Shown here: in pieces, positions 47,874 through 57,841 of the stretch
How the letters are laid out: every line of letters starts with the position of its first letter
Numbering within the stretch: the stretch's first letter is position 1
DNA from: a virus
DNA length: 64,000 bases
IMG/VR virus record: IMGVR_UViG_3300050821_002494
Location: 5,247 to 69,246 of that record
Strand: one strand, 5' to 3'
The notes under the pieces: generated by a model
Told to the model about the DNA's origin: nothing
What the model saw: the letters and a program-made list of their open reading frames with translations, nothing else
Databases searched by the model: none
Position numbers and translations under genes: made by a program

Positions 47874-49823
47874 ATGATCCTCAAGGGCCTCGTAGGCAAC
47901 TTCACGCTCGATCTCCCGGAGCCGGCGCGCAAGATCAGGATCGCGCCGGCCGACTGGAAGCCGATTAACGACTACCCCGAGCTGCACGGCTTCGTGGGGC
48001 TCGACACCGAGACCGATGATCCCGGCCTAGCCGGCGGCCTCGGTTCGTCGTGGGCGCGCGAGGGCGAGGGCTCCATCTGCGGCTTCTCTATCGCACAGCG
48101 CGGCATCGAGCCCTTCTATGTAGGCCTCAATCACGCCGGAGGAAACAGTGACCCAGTCAAGGCCCTCAGCTGGCTCAAGCATCAGGCAGCCAAGCCCGAC
48201 GTCACGTTCGTTTACGCCAACGCCATCTACGATCTTGGCTGGCTACGCCGCAATGGTATCGTCCCGGCGAATGCACCGATTGATGTTCAGGGCATGGCTG
48301 CGCTACTGGACAGCGAGCGATACAGCTACTCCCTCGACGCGCTCATGTGGGAGTTCCTCCAGCGCCGCAAGTCGACGGACGGACTGAAGGGGCGCGCTCG
48401 TGAGTATGGCATCATGAACCCCTACCTCCACATGCTGCGGCTGCCTGCGTGGGACGTCGCGCCCTACGCCGTAGACGACGTCGTCGGCACACTCGATCTC
48501 TACTATCACCTGATGCCGATGATCGAGGAGCAAGACCTCGTGCGCCTCCTGAAGGTCGAGAGCGGCAACCTGCTGGTGGCGCTCGATCTGCGGTGGAACG
48601 GGGTCCGCGTCGATATGGACAAGCTCAATGACGTCCACAACCTCTTCAAGGGCAAGCGCGACGGCGCCATCGACGAGATCAAGAGACTGACCGGCGTCGC
48701 CATCGGCGTGAACGACACTACCTCCATCGCTCGCGCCCTGCAGGCCGAGAACTCCGGCGTCGAGATCGAGTACACCAGCAAGGGCGTCCCGGCGGTGCGT
48801 GTGGGCCTTCTGGACGCCCTAGGGACGCCTGTGGCGGGGCTGGTACGCGAGGCCCGCCAGTACGAGAAAGCGATTGGTACGACGCTTATGGGCCTCCAGC
48901 ACTACGTTGGCCGCGACGGCAGGGTCCACGGCGAATTTCACCCACTGAGGAGAAGCCGCGATGAAGACAAAGGTGAAGGTAAGGGCACGCAAGGCGTCGG
49001 CCCGGGACGTTACGCGTCGAGCAACCCCAACCTCCAAAACATCCCGCGTCGCGTCCCGGAGATCGCCGTCCCCATCCGCGAGTGCTTCCTCCCGGAGGAA
49101 GGCGAGCGCTGGGCGAAGCTCGACTACTCCAGCCAAGAGCCGCGCCTTGCGACGCACTTTGCGTACTTGGCCGGACTTGCAGGGGCTGATGCGATGGTGG
49201 GACGCTATCGCGAAACGCCCGGGCTTTCTCTCCACAAAGAGACTGCCAAGCTCATGGGCCTCGAAAACTACGACAAAGCCAAGATCATCAACCTCGCCAT
49301 CCTCTATGGAGCGGGCGGAGCCAACATTGCCGGGCAGCTTGGCCTCCCGACGAAAGTCATCACGACGCGCTCGGGCCGCGAGCTTGAGGTAGCGGGCGAC
49401 GAGGCGCAGGCGCTGATGGACCTCCACTTCAAGTCGCTGCCGTGGATCAAGAAACTGCAGGAGCTTGCGAAGTACCGCGCCGAGACGAGAGGCTACGTCA
49501 CCTCGATCCTTGGGCGCCGCCAGCGCTTCGACCGCAAGTTCGCCGACGGCCGCCGAATGTGGACGCATAAGGCCCTCAATTGGGTGATCCAGCCCTCGGC
49601 GGCCGACCAGATGAAGGTCGCCCTCGTTGGCATGAGAGACGCAGGCGTCAACCCCCTTGTAGTAGTCCACGACGATGCCAATATCTCCATCCCACAGGGC
49701 GAGGCGGGCGACCGCCTCCTCAAACAGACGAACGACATCATGGTCCACGCCATCGAGTTGGTGGTGCCCACGGTGGTGGACGCCTCGGTTGGCGACAACT
49801 GGGGCGACGTCAGCAAGAAATAG
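47874..49823 (+). CDS. polA: Family A DNA polymerase with 3'-5' exonuclease
   Basis: LDTET, NAIYD, YAVDD, SSNPNLQNIP, DYSSQEPR, KIINLAILYG, VHDD. Confidence 0.95.
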   Translation: MILKGLVGNFTLDLPEPARKIRIAPADWKPINDYPELHGFVGLDTETDDPGLAGGLGSSWAREGEGSICGFSIAQRGIEPFYVGLNHAGGNSDPVKALSWLKHQAAKPDVTFVYANAIYDLGWLRRNGIVPANAPIDVQGMAALLDSERYSYSLDALMWEFLQRRKSTDGLKGRAREYGIMNPYLHMLRLPAWDVAPYAVDDVVGTLDLYYHLMPMIEEQDLVRLLKVESGNLLVALDLRWNGVRVDMDKLNDVHNLFKGKRDGAIDEIKRLTGVAIGVNDTTSIARALQAENSGVEIEYTSKGVPAVRVGLLDALGTPVAGLVREARQYEKAIGTTLMGLQHYVGRDGRVHGEFHPLRRSRDEDKGEGKGTQGVGPGRYASSNPNLQNIPRRVPEIAVPIRECFLPEEGERWAKLDYSSQEPRLATHFAYLAGLAGADAMVGRYRETPGLSLHKETAKLMGLENYDKAKIINLAILYGAGGANIAGQLGLPTKVITTRSGRELEVAGDEAQALMDLHFKSLPWIKKLQELAKYRAETRGYVTSILGRRQRFDRKFADGRRMWTHKALNWVIQPSAADQMKVALVGMRDAGVNPLVVVHDDANISIPQGEAGDRLLKQTNDIMVHAIELVVPTVVDASVGDNWGDVSKK

Positions 49824-49833
49824 GAGCACGAAG

Positions 49834-50904
49834 ATGGCTAAGGATTTTGAAGACATCGAGATCGATATGGATGACTACGAGCTGCTGGAGCGCCGCAAGG
49901 CGGCTTTGACCGCAGCGATCACCTATACCTCTCAGTGGCATGCGCCGCCGTCGCCGCTCGAAGTCACCACAGTCGCCTCTCAGTTTGAGGCGTGGCTGAA
50001 CCGGAAGGAGAAGTCAGATGGAAACGATTAGGAAGAACCTCACCGAGGCCGAGATCAAGGCTCGCTCGCGGGCCCGCATGCTCGACGCCGCGCGGCTCTA
50101 CGCCAAGGCCGACCGCACCGACCCCTTCGCGATGATGCGGATGGTCACCCACATCGACAACGGCGTCGCGTCGGTGCATCGCTCCGCGAACGCGGAGTAT
50201 GAGCTGTCCCCGGGCCCGGCCTTCTACAACGCCGAGCAGCACCGCGAGCAGTATCAGGTCTTCCAGCACGGCAGCACGACACCCGTGACTGTCGACCGCG
50301 TCGTCTATCGCAACGTGGTGCGGCCGTGAGCTGGTTTACTGGAGCACTGTTGCTCCTCCTAGCGGCTGCGCTGTTGTTCCCTATTCCCAGTGGCGGCCGC
50401 AACGTGTCCGATGGAAACCGCGAGCTGGCGCTGCGGTGCAACCAACTGGGCGGCACCGTGACCCGCGCCTACGTCTATGCAGACGACAACGAGAGCTACG
50501 TCTGTCTGAAGGCAGAACAGCTTCATCCGCCGGGCTGGCGATGAACAAGGGCCTGACGTGGGAGGCCCTCTGGCAGCTGCTGGCCCTCGCATGCGCTATA
50601 CCGTCATTTCAGAAGAGGGAGGAGCCATGTCCATCATCAACGCCGACGCCAAGCACCTCGAAGACCTCGTCAGAGAGTGGGCCTTAGCGCGACGAGCGTG
50701 GCTGATCAACATCGACGAAGCTTATGGTAAATTCACCGACGCCGAGATCAGGCTAGGTGCATTCGCTCAAGAGCTTGGGTTGCTCGTATGACCGAGCTGG
50801 CGAAAGCCATCGTGTTCGAGGCCGCGTACCAATACTGGCACGCGGTCTGTGGGTCACCCACGCGCGAGGTCTACATGCGTTCGTTTCTACAGCGAGGGAA
50901 ATGA
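49834..50904 (+). other. Small genes between polymerase and helicase (49834-50031, 50018-50329, 50326-50544 exported Cys pair, 50627-50791, 50788-50904)
   Basis: Overlapping ORFs. Confidence 0.55.
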
Positions 50905-52655
50905 CAATCACCGTAGACGTCCAGCCCAATGCGGCTAGGATTGCGGGCCTCGACCCGCTCGCGCTAAACGACTTGTTGATGGAAGCCCCGGAGCCGCCTC
51001 CTCCGGGGTTTGGTGCGTTGAGGCCGGTCACCTCGAACCTGCTGTACCTCTTCGAGAGGCTCCCGGGCGCCTTCTTCGATGACCCCGGCGGCTTGCTCAT
51101 GCAGGCCCGCGCGCACCGCTTCATCGAGCGGCTGCACCGCGAGGAGCCCGGCGACTACGAGAGGGACTGGCCGTTCAAAGTCACCCCGCTGCCGTATCAG
51201 CTGAAGGTCTTCACAGTCGCACGCAAGCTACAGCACTTCGCGCTCGCACCTACGGCGCCCGGCACCGGCAAGTCTAAGATGGTGATCGACATTGCTGCCG
51301 ACAAATTCATGCGTGGTGAGATCGACTGCGTTGCAGTCATCTGTTCACCCCGTGGCGTGGCCCGCCAGTGGGTCAATAGAGCGATCCCGGAGCATATCAC
51401 CGACAAGGTCCGGTGGTCGGCGGACTTCTGGCGCGCGACGAAGAAGCACTACGACGTGGCGTATCCTAACACGAAGGTGTTGCGGTGGATGACGTTTCCC
51501 ATAGAGGCTTTCTCGGGTACGACCGGCGCAGCGGCGGCCGCCCTAACGGCCTTCATGCAGTCCGGCCGTTGCTTGCTCGTGGAAGACGAAAGCTCCCGCA
51601 TCAAGGACCCCAAGGCTAAGCGCACGAAGGCACTCATAGGCGAGTGGAAGAGAGGCAAGCACGTTCCGGGCCTCGCGGAGATGGCGACGTGTAGAGCCAT
51701 CCTCACTGGGACGCCGATCACGAAGGGCATCGAAGACCTCTGGGCGCAGTACGAATTCGTCGACCCCCTGATCCTCGGCATGAGCAACTACAAGGCCTTC
51801 GAGGCGCGCTACTGCGTGCTGGTGCCGGCCTTCTGGCGTGCGCCCGCGTGGCAGACCAAGGTCGCGGGCTACCGCAACACCGAGGAGTTCATCCGCAAGA
51901 TCGCACCCGTTACCTTCGTCGTGCCTAAGGACGTCCTAGGGCTGCCGCCTAAGAGCTACGAGACCATCCCGGTGGAGCTGACGAAGGAGCAGCGGGCCGC
52001 CTACAAGGTGCTCCACAAGGGCACCGTGGAGGCCCTGAGAGATATGGGCATAGCGAACCCGAAGATCGCGATGACCAAGCTCACGCGCCTGCAGCAGCTG
52101 CTCTGCGGCCGCATTTACGCCCCCGGCGAGACGCTCGAAGAGCCGCCTGTCCTGAAGTCCATCCCGTCCAACCGCATCTCGACGCTGACGCAGTACATCG
52201 ACGACAACGCACGCGACCGACCGACGATTGTCTGGTCTCGCTTCACGGCCGACATCGAGGAGATCGCGGCGGCGCTGCGCAAGATGGGCCGTAACCCCGT
52301 TACCTACTATGGAGGCACAGATGACGACGCAAGAGACGCCGCAGTCGAAGCCATCCGCCGAGGAGTTGCTACAGACTTTGTCGCGAACCCTGCTTGCGCG
52401 GGCATGGGCATCGACGGACTTCAGGAGACGGTCGAGCTGGCCATCTACTATACTAACTCGTTTAACCGTGAGCACAGATGGCAATCCGAGGATCGAATTC
52501 ATCGACTGGGAATGTGTGGCACGGCCCTCTACGCTGACATGGTCGCACCCGGTACCGTAGACGAGCTGCCACTCGCGGCCTTCAAGACGACGGCCGACTT
52601 GATCCAGTCACTGATGGATCGCCCAGAGATGATCCCCTATTTGAATGAGGACTGA
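50901..52655 (+). CDS. SNF2-like superfamily 2 helicase
   Basis: PGTGKS, DESS, LTGTP, LQQ, GMGID, QSEDRIHRLG. Confidence 0.92.
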   Translation: MTITVDVQPNAARIAGLDPLALNDLLMEAPEPPPPGFGALRPVTSNLLYLFERLPGAFFDDPGGLLMQARAHRFIERLHREEPGDYERDWPFKVTPLPYQLKVFTVARKLQHFALAPTAPGTGKSKMVIDIAADKFMRGEIDCVAVICSPRGVARQWVNRAIPEHITDKVRWSADFWRATKKHYDVAYPNTKVLRWMTFPIEAFSGTTGAAAAALTAFMQSGRCLLVEDESSRIKDPKAKRTKALIGEWKRGKHVPGLAEMATCRAILTGTPITKGIEDLWAQYEFVDPLILGMSNYKAFEARYCVLVPAFWRAPAWQTKVAGYRNTEEFIRKIAPVTFVVPKDVLGLPPKSYETIPVELTKEQRAAYKVLHKGTVEALRDMGIANPKIAMTKLTRLQQLLCGRIYAPGETLEEPPVLKSIPSNRISTLTQYIDDNARDRPTIVWSRFTADIEEIAAALRKMGRNPVTYYGGTDDDARDAAVEAIRRGVATDFVANPACAGMGIDGLQETVELAIYYTNSFNREHRWQSEDRIHRLGMCGTALYADMVAPGTVDELPLAAFKTTADLIQSLMDRPEMIPYLNED

Positions 52656-52656
52656 C

Positions 52657-53013
52657 ATGGCCGGCTTCAAGGACGAGAAGGAGATGTGGCAGTACCAGTC
52701 GAAGAAGTTCGTTGGAAAGTGGGACCGCTACGAGCTGTTCATGCCGAGCGGTCACCCCGACGTGAAGGGCTCCTACCTGAAGGACATCTACTACGTCGAG
52801 AACAAGGTCGGGACGCCCAGCTACAACTCCCTCGAAGAGAGCCAGAAGGAGTACCTGAACTGGCTCGTCGAGTGTCACCAGAGGGTCTACATCTGCTGGG
52901 GCAGCGCGACCGAGAAGTCGCTGCGGTTCACGTTGCTGCACCACGACTTCCTGCTGTTCCCCATCGTCACCTTCGTTGTGCCGCCCTTCTTCACGGGCAA
53001 GGTCACCCGCTAG
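52657..53013 (+). CDS. VRR-NUC / PD-(D/E)xK nuclease (Holliday junction resolvase-like)
   Basis: SGHPD..VENK..Q. Confidence 0.7.
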   Translation: MAGFKDEKEMWQYQSKKFVGKWDRYELFMPSGHPDVKGSYLKDIYYVENKVGTPSYNSLEESQKEYLNWLVECHQRVYICWGSATEKSLRFTLLHHDFLLFPIVTFVVPPFFTGKVTR

Positions 53014-53040
53014 ACAAAGCCGACAGGATCGCGTTACCAT
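53011..53040 (+). promoter_or_regulatory. Promoter TAGACA-N18-TACCAT
   Basis: Class shared with three other sites. Confidence 0.55.
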
Positions 53041-53048
53041 CGGATATG

Positions 53049-53103
53049 TGGGGTACCGTAGCGCTCGCGGCTTAGGGAGGGATGCGACCTCCCGCCCCAG
53101 CCA
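53049..53103 (+). ncRNA. 55-nt tRNA-like mini structure ending in GCCA
   Basis: 6-bp acceptor-like stem + 6-bp stem with 7-nt loop + CCA; no D arm, non-canonical T loop. Confidence 0.3.
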
Positions 53104-53127
53104 TTCTCTAGCCTCCGAAGGAACCCC

Positions 53128-53463
53128 ATGAAGATCACCAACGCGACCCTCAAGAAGCTCGACGGCGTCGACCCGATCCAGAACTCCAGCAACCCGCCGG
53201 GCTATGAGCCCAAGACCGATGACCCCGTGCTGCTGATCTCCGACGTGGTCTCAAACGTCTGCATGGCGCCGGTCCAGCAGGGCCACGCCCCCTACGATCC
53301 CTCGAAGGCGGCCGCCCGCTACAAGCTCGCGGTGGCGACCTTCAACCTCGCCGAGGGCGCGGAGTTCGAGGTGCCGGCGGAGATGGTGGTCGAGTTGGAT
53401 CGCGACATCGCGCGCTGCTATCCGATCATCGTCGCCGGCCAGATGCATCTGCTGCTGAAGTAA
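53128..53463 (+). CDS. Hypothetical protein
   Basis: AAGGA RBS, 111 aa. Confidence 0.65.
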   Translation: MKITNATLKKLDGVDPIQNSSNPPGYEPKTDDPVLLISDVVSNVCMAPVQQGHAPYDPSKAAARYKLAVATFNLAEGAEFEVPAEMVVELDRDIARCYPIIVAGQMHLLLK

Positions 53464-53907
53464 ATGAGCCCGTGGTGGAAGGCGGCGTGGATTGCCTACG
53501 CCGTCCTCATCGTGGTCATCGTCAGCGCGTTCACGCTACTGGGCTGCGCTCCGATCACAATCGAGGGCCCATTCGTTAACGACACCCCGATTGAGTGGAG
53601 TACGGCCTACGATCAGGCAGGCAACATATACCCCCTCGTCTGCCTAGGCCACATCGAGGACGGCCTCGATGTGGACATTCAACCCGTCTCGCATGCGACG
53701 CTGCAGGCGATGCTGCCGCCGGGTACGCCGCCCTTCATTGAGCTGCGCGGTCACTGGACGGGGCCCGCGAAGGGCTCCGTCCATAGAGACGGCACGATCC
53801 TGATCGACCGAGAGCTGACGCCGCATCTCTACAACGACGCCGTGAGGCACGAGATGTGTCACGCGAAGATGTATCGCCTCACTGGCTCGGCGTCGTGGCA
53901 CCCGTGA
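53464..53907 (+). CDS. Membrane-anchored/lipoprotein HExxH metallopeptidase
   Basis: Hydrophobic N-term with LLGC lipobox; RHEMCH. Confidence 0.6.
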   Translation: MSPWWKAAWIAYAVLIVVIVSAFTLLGCAPITIEGPFVNDTPIEWSTAYDQAGNIYPLVCLGHIEDGLDVDIQPVSHATLQAMLPPGTPPFIELRGHWTGPAKGSVHRDGTILIDRELTPHLYNDAVRHEMCHAKMYRLTGSASWHP

Positions 53908-54053
53908 TCTACATCCTTCTGATCTTCGGCATGCACGGCACAGTCACCCCGGTCGAGATGTCCGGCCAGCTGGCGTGCGAACAAGCGAAGGCGGCCATCG
54001 TTGCCAATGGCCGCCTCAGTATCCAAGACGTGATGTGCATCCCGAAGTCGGTG

Positions 54054-54296
54054 CTACTTCCCGTACCGGATGCTAAGCTGCGTTCCAATCCAGCTGCCAA
54101 CGGCGGCCGGGATCGCTAGCCAGTAGTCCGCGACTACATTCACCACCACGAAGACGCCCACTAGGTAGAGCGCGACGGCCCAACAGCTGGCGCGATTGGC
54201 TGCTCGATCAGCGCACGACTTCGTGTATTCGCCGTAGCAGAAATCCAACACCGCCATCGCGACGCAGATCAGTGGTACAAGAATATAAATATCCAT
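54054..54296 (-). CDS. Small membrane protein
   Basis: AGGAG RBS; three hydrophobic segments. Confidence 0.55.
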   Translation of the reverse strand: MDIYILVPLICVAMAVLDFCYGEYTKSCADRAANRASCWAVALYLVGVFVVVNVVADYWLAIPAAVGSWIGTQLSIRYGK

Positions 54297-54569
54297 GGCT
54301 GGCTCTCCTCTAGTCGACCGAACTTGTTGCGTTGTAGACCGAGACGCGACGCCTGCTTGTCGGTGATCAGTACGGCGGGCGAGGTGTCGTAGCTGATGGC
54401 GCCACAGAGGGCGCACTTGAGGGCGTCGCTGCCTTCACGCAGAGCCTCCCAGTCGTGGCGACAGGTCACGGCTTGATCCTCCGCAAGAGGAAGTCGTTGA
54501 TGTTCTGCGACCAAAACATTGGGCAATGCCAGTACAGTCGGTCGTGCATATCGAGCAGAAAGAACCACA

Positions 54570-54935
54570 TCACTTGATCCCCCGAGCGGCGTGTAGCCGC
54601 ATGATGGCCTTGTGCTCTTCGATGCCTAGCTGCTTGTCGCTCTCGGGCTCGCTGCCGCGCACATGCAGCGCGCACCAGATGACGTCGGCCAGCAGGAGAT
54701 GGCATATCTCGTGGTAGGCGACGTCGCTGGGATGCATCGCGTCCTCTACGCCCATGTTGTAGGTTATGGTGGCGTAGCGGGTCTCGCAGTCAAGGTCGGT
54801 TTCGGCCTCGTGCTGCTGATCAGGCGTGGCCTTCTCCACCTTGATGTGGATGATCCAGTCGATCAGTCCGAAGGCCTGCTGCCAGCGGAGGCACTCGGTG
54901 CGGAAGAGTGCCGCCTCCTCGGGTTCAGTTTTCAC
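54570..54935 (-). CDS. HExxH metallopeptidase-like protein
   Basis: WQQAFGL.DW, YHEICHLLL, EEH. Confidence 0.65.
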   Translation of the reverse strand: MKTEPEEAALFRTECLRWQQAFGLIDWIIHIKVEKATPDQQHEAETDLDCETRYATITYNMGVEDAMHPSDVAYHEICHLLLADVIWCALHVRGSEPESDKQLGIEEHKAIMRLHAARGIK

Positions 54936-56221
54936 CCCGGCACCACAAACATCTCGGGCCGCACGGTGCGTCGGTCTATCTCACCGAATTCCTTATGCAG
55001 GACGAGGGCGATCATCGCACGCTCGGACTTGTAGCCGGAGCGAGCCGCGAAGGCATCGGACGGCGGCAGCACACTCAGCGTCTCGACCGAGCAGCCTCTG
55101 AACTCCTGTACCGACTTGTGATGGACGTGGCCAGTGAACCAGACGCGGTGCGTCGTGTCGCCCCACTCCTTCGGCCACGTCGCCGCCATAACGCTGGGCA
55201 GCTCGGCGATCTTGCAGTTGTTGCCGTGAGTGACGCCGATGAGGTTCTTACCGAAGACGAACTTGTGGTACCACGCCGGGCCGTCGTCGATATGGACGCG
55301 GGGGTTGTCACGGTAGAGGCGCTTGAGGAATTGGGACGTGACCTGCGCGGTGCTTGGGTCGTGGTTGCCCTTCTCGAATACGACGTGGACGTTGTTGTGC
55401 CGCAGCAGGGCAGCGTCTATCATGCCCTCGATGATCTCCCAGCCGACCTTGATCATCTTGGGCATGCGGCCCTCGGCGTCGAGGAGGTTGTGGTGCTCCG
55501 GTGTCTCGGGGCGGTAGCCGTCGTAGTGGAAGAAGTCGCCCATGAAGGGGATGAAGCACGTATCACACGGCGGGCTTGTGTCCATCAGGTAGGTGGTGGC
55601 CTGCCGAATGAGAGAGGCAGTGATGGGGAGGTCCCAGTTCTCCGCCAGCGTCTCCAGTGCCCACGCCAGCATGCCGCAGTGGAGGTCGCCGATGGGATAG
55701 ACCGCCAGCTGATCCTTGTAGTGGAAGGCCTGCTTCGGTGCGAGAGGCTTGACGTACTCGATGCGATTGTTCAGCTGCTCGACGAACTGCTCGAACAGCT
55801 CGACGCGCTGCGCCTCGGTGCGCTTCTCGGTCGTCCATTGACCGATCACGCGGCCCTGTCCGTTGGTATAGGTCGCGACCTTATCAACCACCTTCGGGTC
55901 CGGCATCACGAAGGCGAGCGATGGGTCCATGCCGGCGTCGCGTTCGAGCGTCCACGTCGCGCTCTCACCCTTGCTGTTCTCGTATGTGGAGACGCCCTTA
56001 ACCGCAAGGTCTGGGGCGGGCGTGGGCCGCCAGCGGTAGCCCTGCTCCCACGCCACGTCGCCGATGGCCATGATGCTCTGACGGATGCGGCCCCGGCTGG
56101 TGCCAGCCAGCACGGCGGCTTCATTCAGGGTATCGCACTCGCACCACGCGAGGTAGTGCCGCCACTCGGTGTCGTTGGCGTAGAGGCGGAGGCCTTCGTC
56201 CAGTGTTTTGGGAGGGAGCAT
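54932..56221 (-). CDS. Calcineurin-like metallophosphoesterase with N-terminal HTH
   Basis: GDLH, GDFFH, GNHD, THG, GHVHH. Confidence 0.88.
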   Translation of the reverse strand: MLPPKTLDEGLRLYANDTEWRHYLAWCECDTLNEAAVLAGTSRGRIRQSIMAIGDVAWEQGYRWRPTPAPDLAVKGVSTYENSKGESATWTLERDAGMDPSLAFVMPDPKVVDKVATYTNGQGRVIGQWTTEKRTEAQRVELFEQFVEQLNNRIEYVKPLAPKQAFHYKDQLAVYPIGDLHCGMLAWALETLAENWDLPITASLIRQATTYLMDTSPPCDTCFIPFMGDFFHYDGYRPETPEHHNLLDAEGRMPKMIKVGWEIIEGMIDAALLRHNNVHVVFEKGNHDPSTAQVTSQFLKRLYRDNPRVHIDDGPAWYHKFVFGKNLIGVTHGNNCKIAELPSVMAATWPKEWGDTTHRVWFTGHVHHKSVQEFRGCSVETLSVLPPSDAFAARSGYKSERAMIALVLHKEFGEIDRRTVRPEMFVVPG

Positions 56222-56279
56222 CAGGTCACCTATATTGGGCTGGAGAGAAAGGAGTTGACCTACAAAACCGGAATGTAGG

Positions 56280-56750
56280 TCATGTGCCGCCGACGGGTGG
56301 CCGCCAGCAGAATATCTGATCGGTGTAGGGGTTCTGACAGAGGTGGCCGCGTGTGCCGGTCTCGTCGGGGTTGATCTCGTGGACTTCCTTGTCTTCCGGC
56401 ATCTCGATCATGACGCCGTGCTGGTCTCTCAGGAACCACTTGCCGTTGCGCAGCTCGCCGTCGGTCGGGAAGCAGTCACCGGAGCCGTCGTGCTTCTCCT
56501 TGCAGCAGGAGTTGACGTAGAGGCAAGGCTTCGGGTAGCCCGGCTGGCACCAGCCCACGTAGTGGTCGTGGAACTCGGCGTGCCCTTCATGGATGGCGCG
56601 GTCGTGCTGGCTCATGTCCCGCATCTCTGAGCCTTCTTGCGCGTGCGCGTGGTTCGTGGCGGCGATGGAGATCAGGGCGAAGGCCGCCATCGCCGCCACG
56701 CAGCACAGGATCATCAGCCAGTCGGTCAGCTTACGCATCGCCGCACCCAA
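56280..56750 (-). CDS. Exported Cys-rich protein
   Basis: Signal peptide, SCC..DC..HLC..FC. Confidence 0.6.
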   Translation of the reverse strand: MGAAMRKLTDWLMILCCVAAMAAFALISIAATNHAHAQEGSEMRDMSQHDRAIHEGHAEFHDHYVGWCQPGYPKPCLYVNSCCKEKHDGSGDCFPTDGELRNGKWFLRDQHGVMIEMPEDKEVHEINPDETGTRGHLCQNPYTDQIFCWRPPVGGT

Positions 56751-57087
56751 CCTTCTGGTACTTCTCGACGATGGGGCCTAGCCAGTTAAGTACGTGTGCG
56801 GCGCCGACGTCGCCCGCCTTCGCGGCCTCTTCGAGTGACTTGCCTAGCGCCATCAGTTCGTCGGGCGGCTTGTGGACCGTCGCGCAGAACTCGCTGTACT
56901 GCAGCTGGGCGATCTGCTTCTTGAAGAGACGCAGCTGAGCTATGCCCTGCTCGTCGAGGGTGATCGTCTTAGGCTGCTCTATATCCTTCGAGAAGGCGGT
57001 GTGTGAGCACCACCCCAGCAGGAAGTTACAGATGAAGAGCAGTGCCAATACGAGACAGAAGGCTCGGAGAATTGGGTGTCGCTGCAT
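56731..57087 (-). CDS. Exported hypothetical protein
   Basis: Hydrophobic N-term. Confidence 0.5.
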   Translation of the reverse strand: MQRHPILRAFCLVLALLFICNFLLGWCSHTAFSKDIEQPKTITLDEQGIAQLRLFKKQIAQLQYSEFCATVHKPPDELMALGKSLEEAAKAGDVGAAHVLNWLGPIVEKYQKVGCGDA

Positions 57088-57421
57088 CGGGGGCCCCCGC
57101 CTTGATTGGATTGCCGACCGTCACGGTCGCGGTCTTGCCGACGCACTTCGCGGCCTTGTAGGTGTCGTTGTGGTCGGCGATCTGCTCGACGAGCGCGCGC
57201 CACTTCTGTTCGTTGCCGAGCATCTCGTCGGCCTGATCCTTCGTGGCTTGGATGTAGCGTGCGCGGTCGCAGTAGGTGTCGCCAGATACGACGGGCGGTG
57301 TAGGACTACCGCAGCTTGTCAATAAGAGCAGGGTAAGTAGCGGAGCTATTCTTCTGCTCGACCGTAGAGCGTTGCTTGAGGGCATTGGCTTGGTCCTTCT
57401 GGGCCTGCTGGAGTTGCGCAT
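57026..57421 (-). CDS. o-spanin (Rz1-like lipoprotein; true start likely internal)
   Basis: LLLLTSC lipobox, overlaps i-spanin 3' end. Confidence 0.65.
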   Translation of the reverse strand: MRNSSRPRRTKPMPSSNALRSSRRIAPLLTLLLLTSCGSPTPPVVSGDTYCDRARYIQATKDQADEMLGNEQKWRALVEQIADHNDTYKAAKCVGKTATVTVGNPIKAGAPDAATPNSPSLLSRIGTALHL

Positions 57422-57539
57422 TCGACTGCTGCAGCGATCCGTTGAGCGTCAGCTGCTGGCTATAGAGGTGGAAGAGTAACGCCGCGACCCCGATAAGGAT
57501 CGCGACGCCTACTGCCTCTATGACTGAGAGTGACGGCAT
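57306..57539 (-). CDS. i-spanin (Rz-like)
   Basis: N-terminal TM then Gln-rich coiled coil. Confidence 0.65.
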   Translation of the reverse strand: MPSLSVIEAVGVAILIGVAALLFHLYSQQLTLNGSLQQSNAQLQQAQKDQANALKQRSTVEQKNSSATYPALIDKLR

Positions 57540-57540
57540 C

Positions 57541-57825
57541 CTAGAAGATGTTGAGCAGGAAGTGCGGGTCGGCGAAGGCGGCCGCGCCGAGCACGACGAG
57601 CACGACGAGCACGGGGTGCGCCGCGAGCTTCTGCCAGAACGTCTGTGCCTTCGCCTCGACGGCCTTGAAGTCGGTCTCGACTTGGGCGAATATGCCGGTG
57701 TTGCCACTCACTCCGGCGGGGTTGGAAGAGACCACGACGGGGGTGGAGGGCGGCAGAGAGACGGCGGCGACCACTACGGGGGCCGGCGTAGCGGGCGGGG
57801 TAGATGTAGGAGTTGGGTCAGTCAT
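57541..57825 (-). CDS. Lysis-cassette membrane protein
   Basis: C-terminal TM; between endolysin and spanins. Confidence 0.55.
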   Translation of the reverse strand: MTDPTPTSTPPATPAPVVVAAVSLPPSTPVVVSSNPAGVSGNTGIFAQVETDFKAVEAKAQTFWQKLAAHPVLVVLVVLGAAAFADPHFLLNIF

Positions 57826-57841
57826 GTAGCACCTATAGTGT

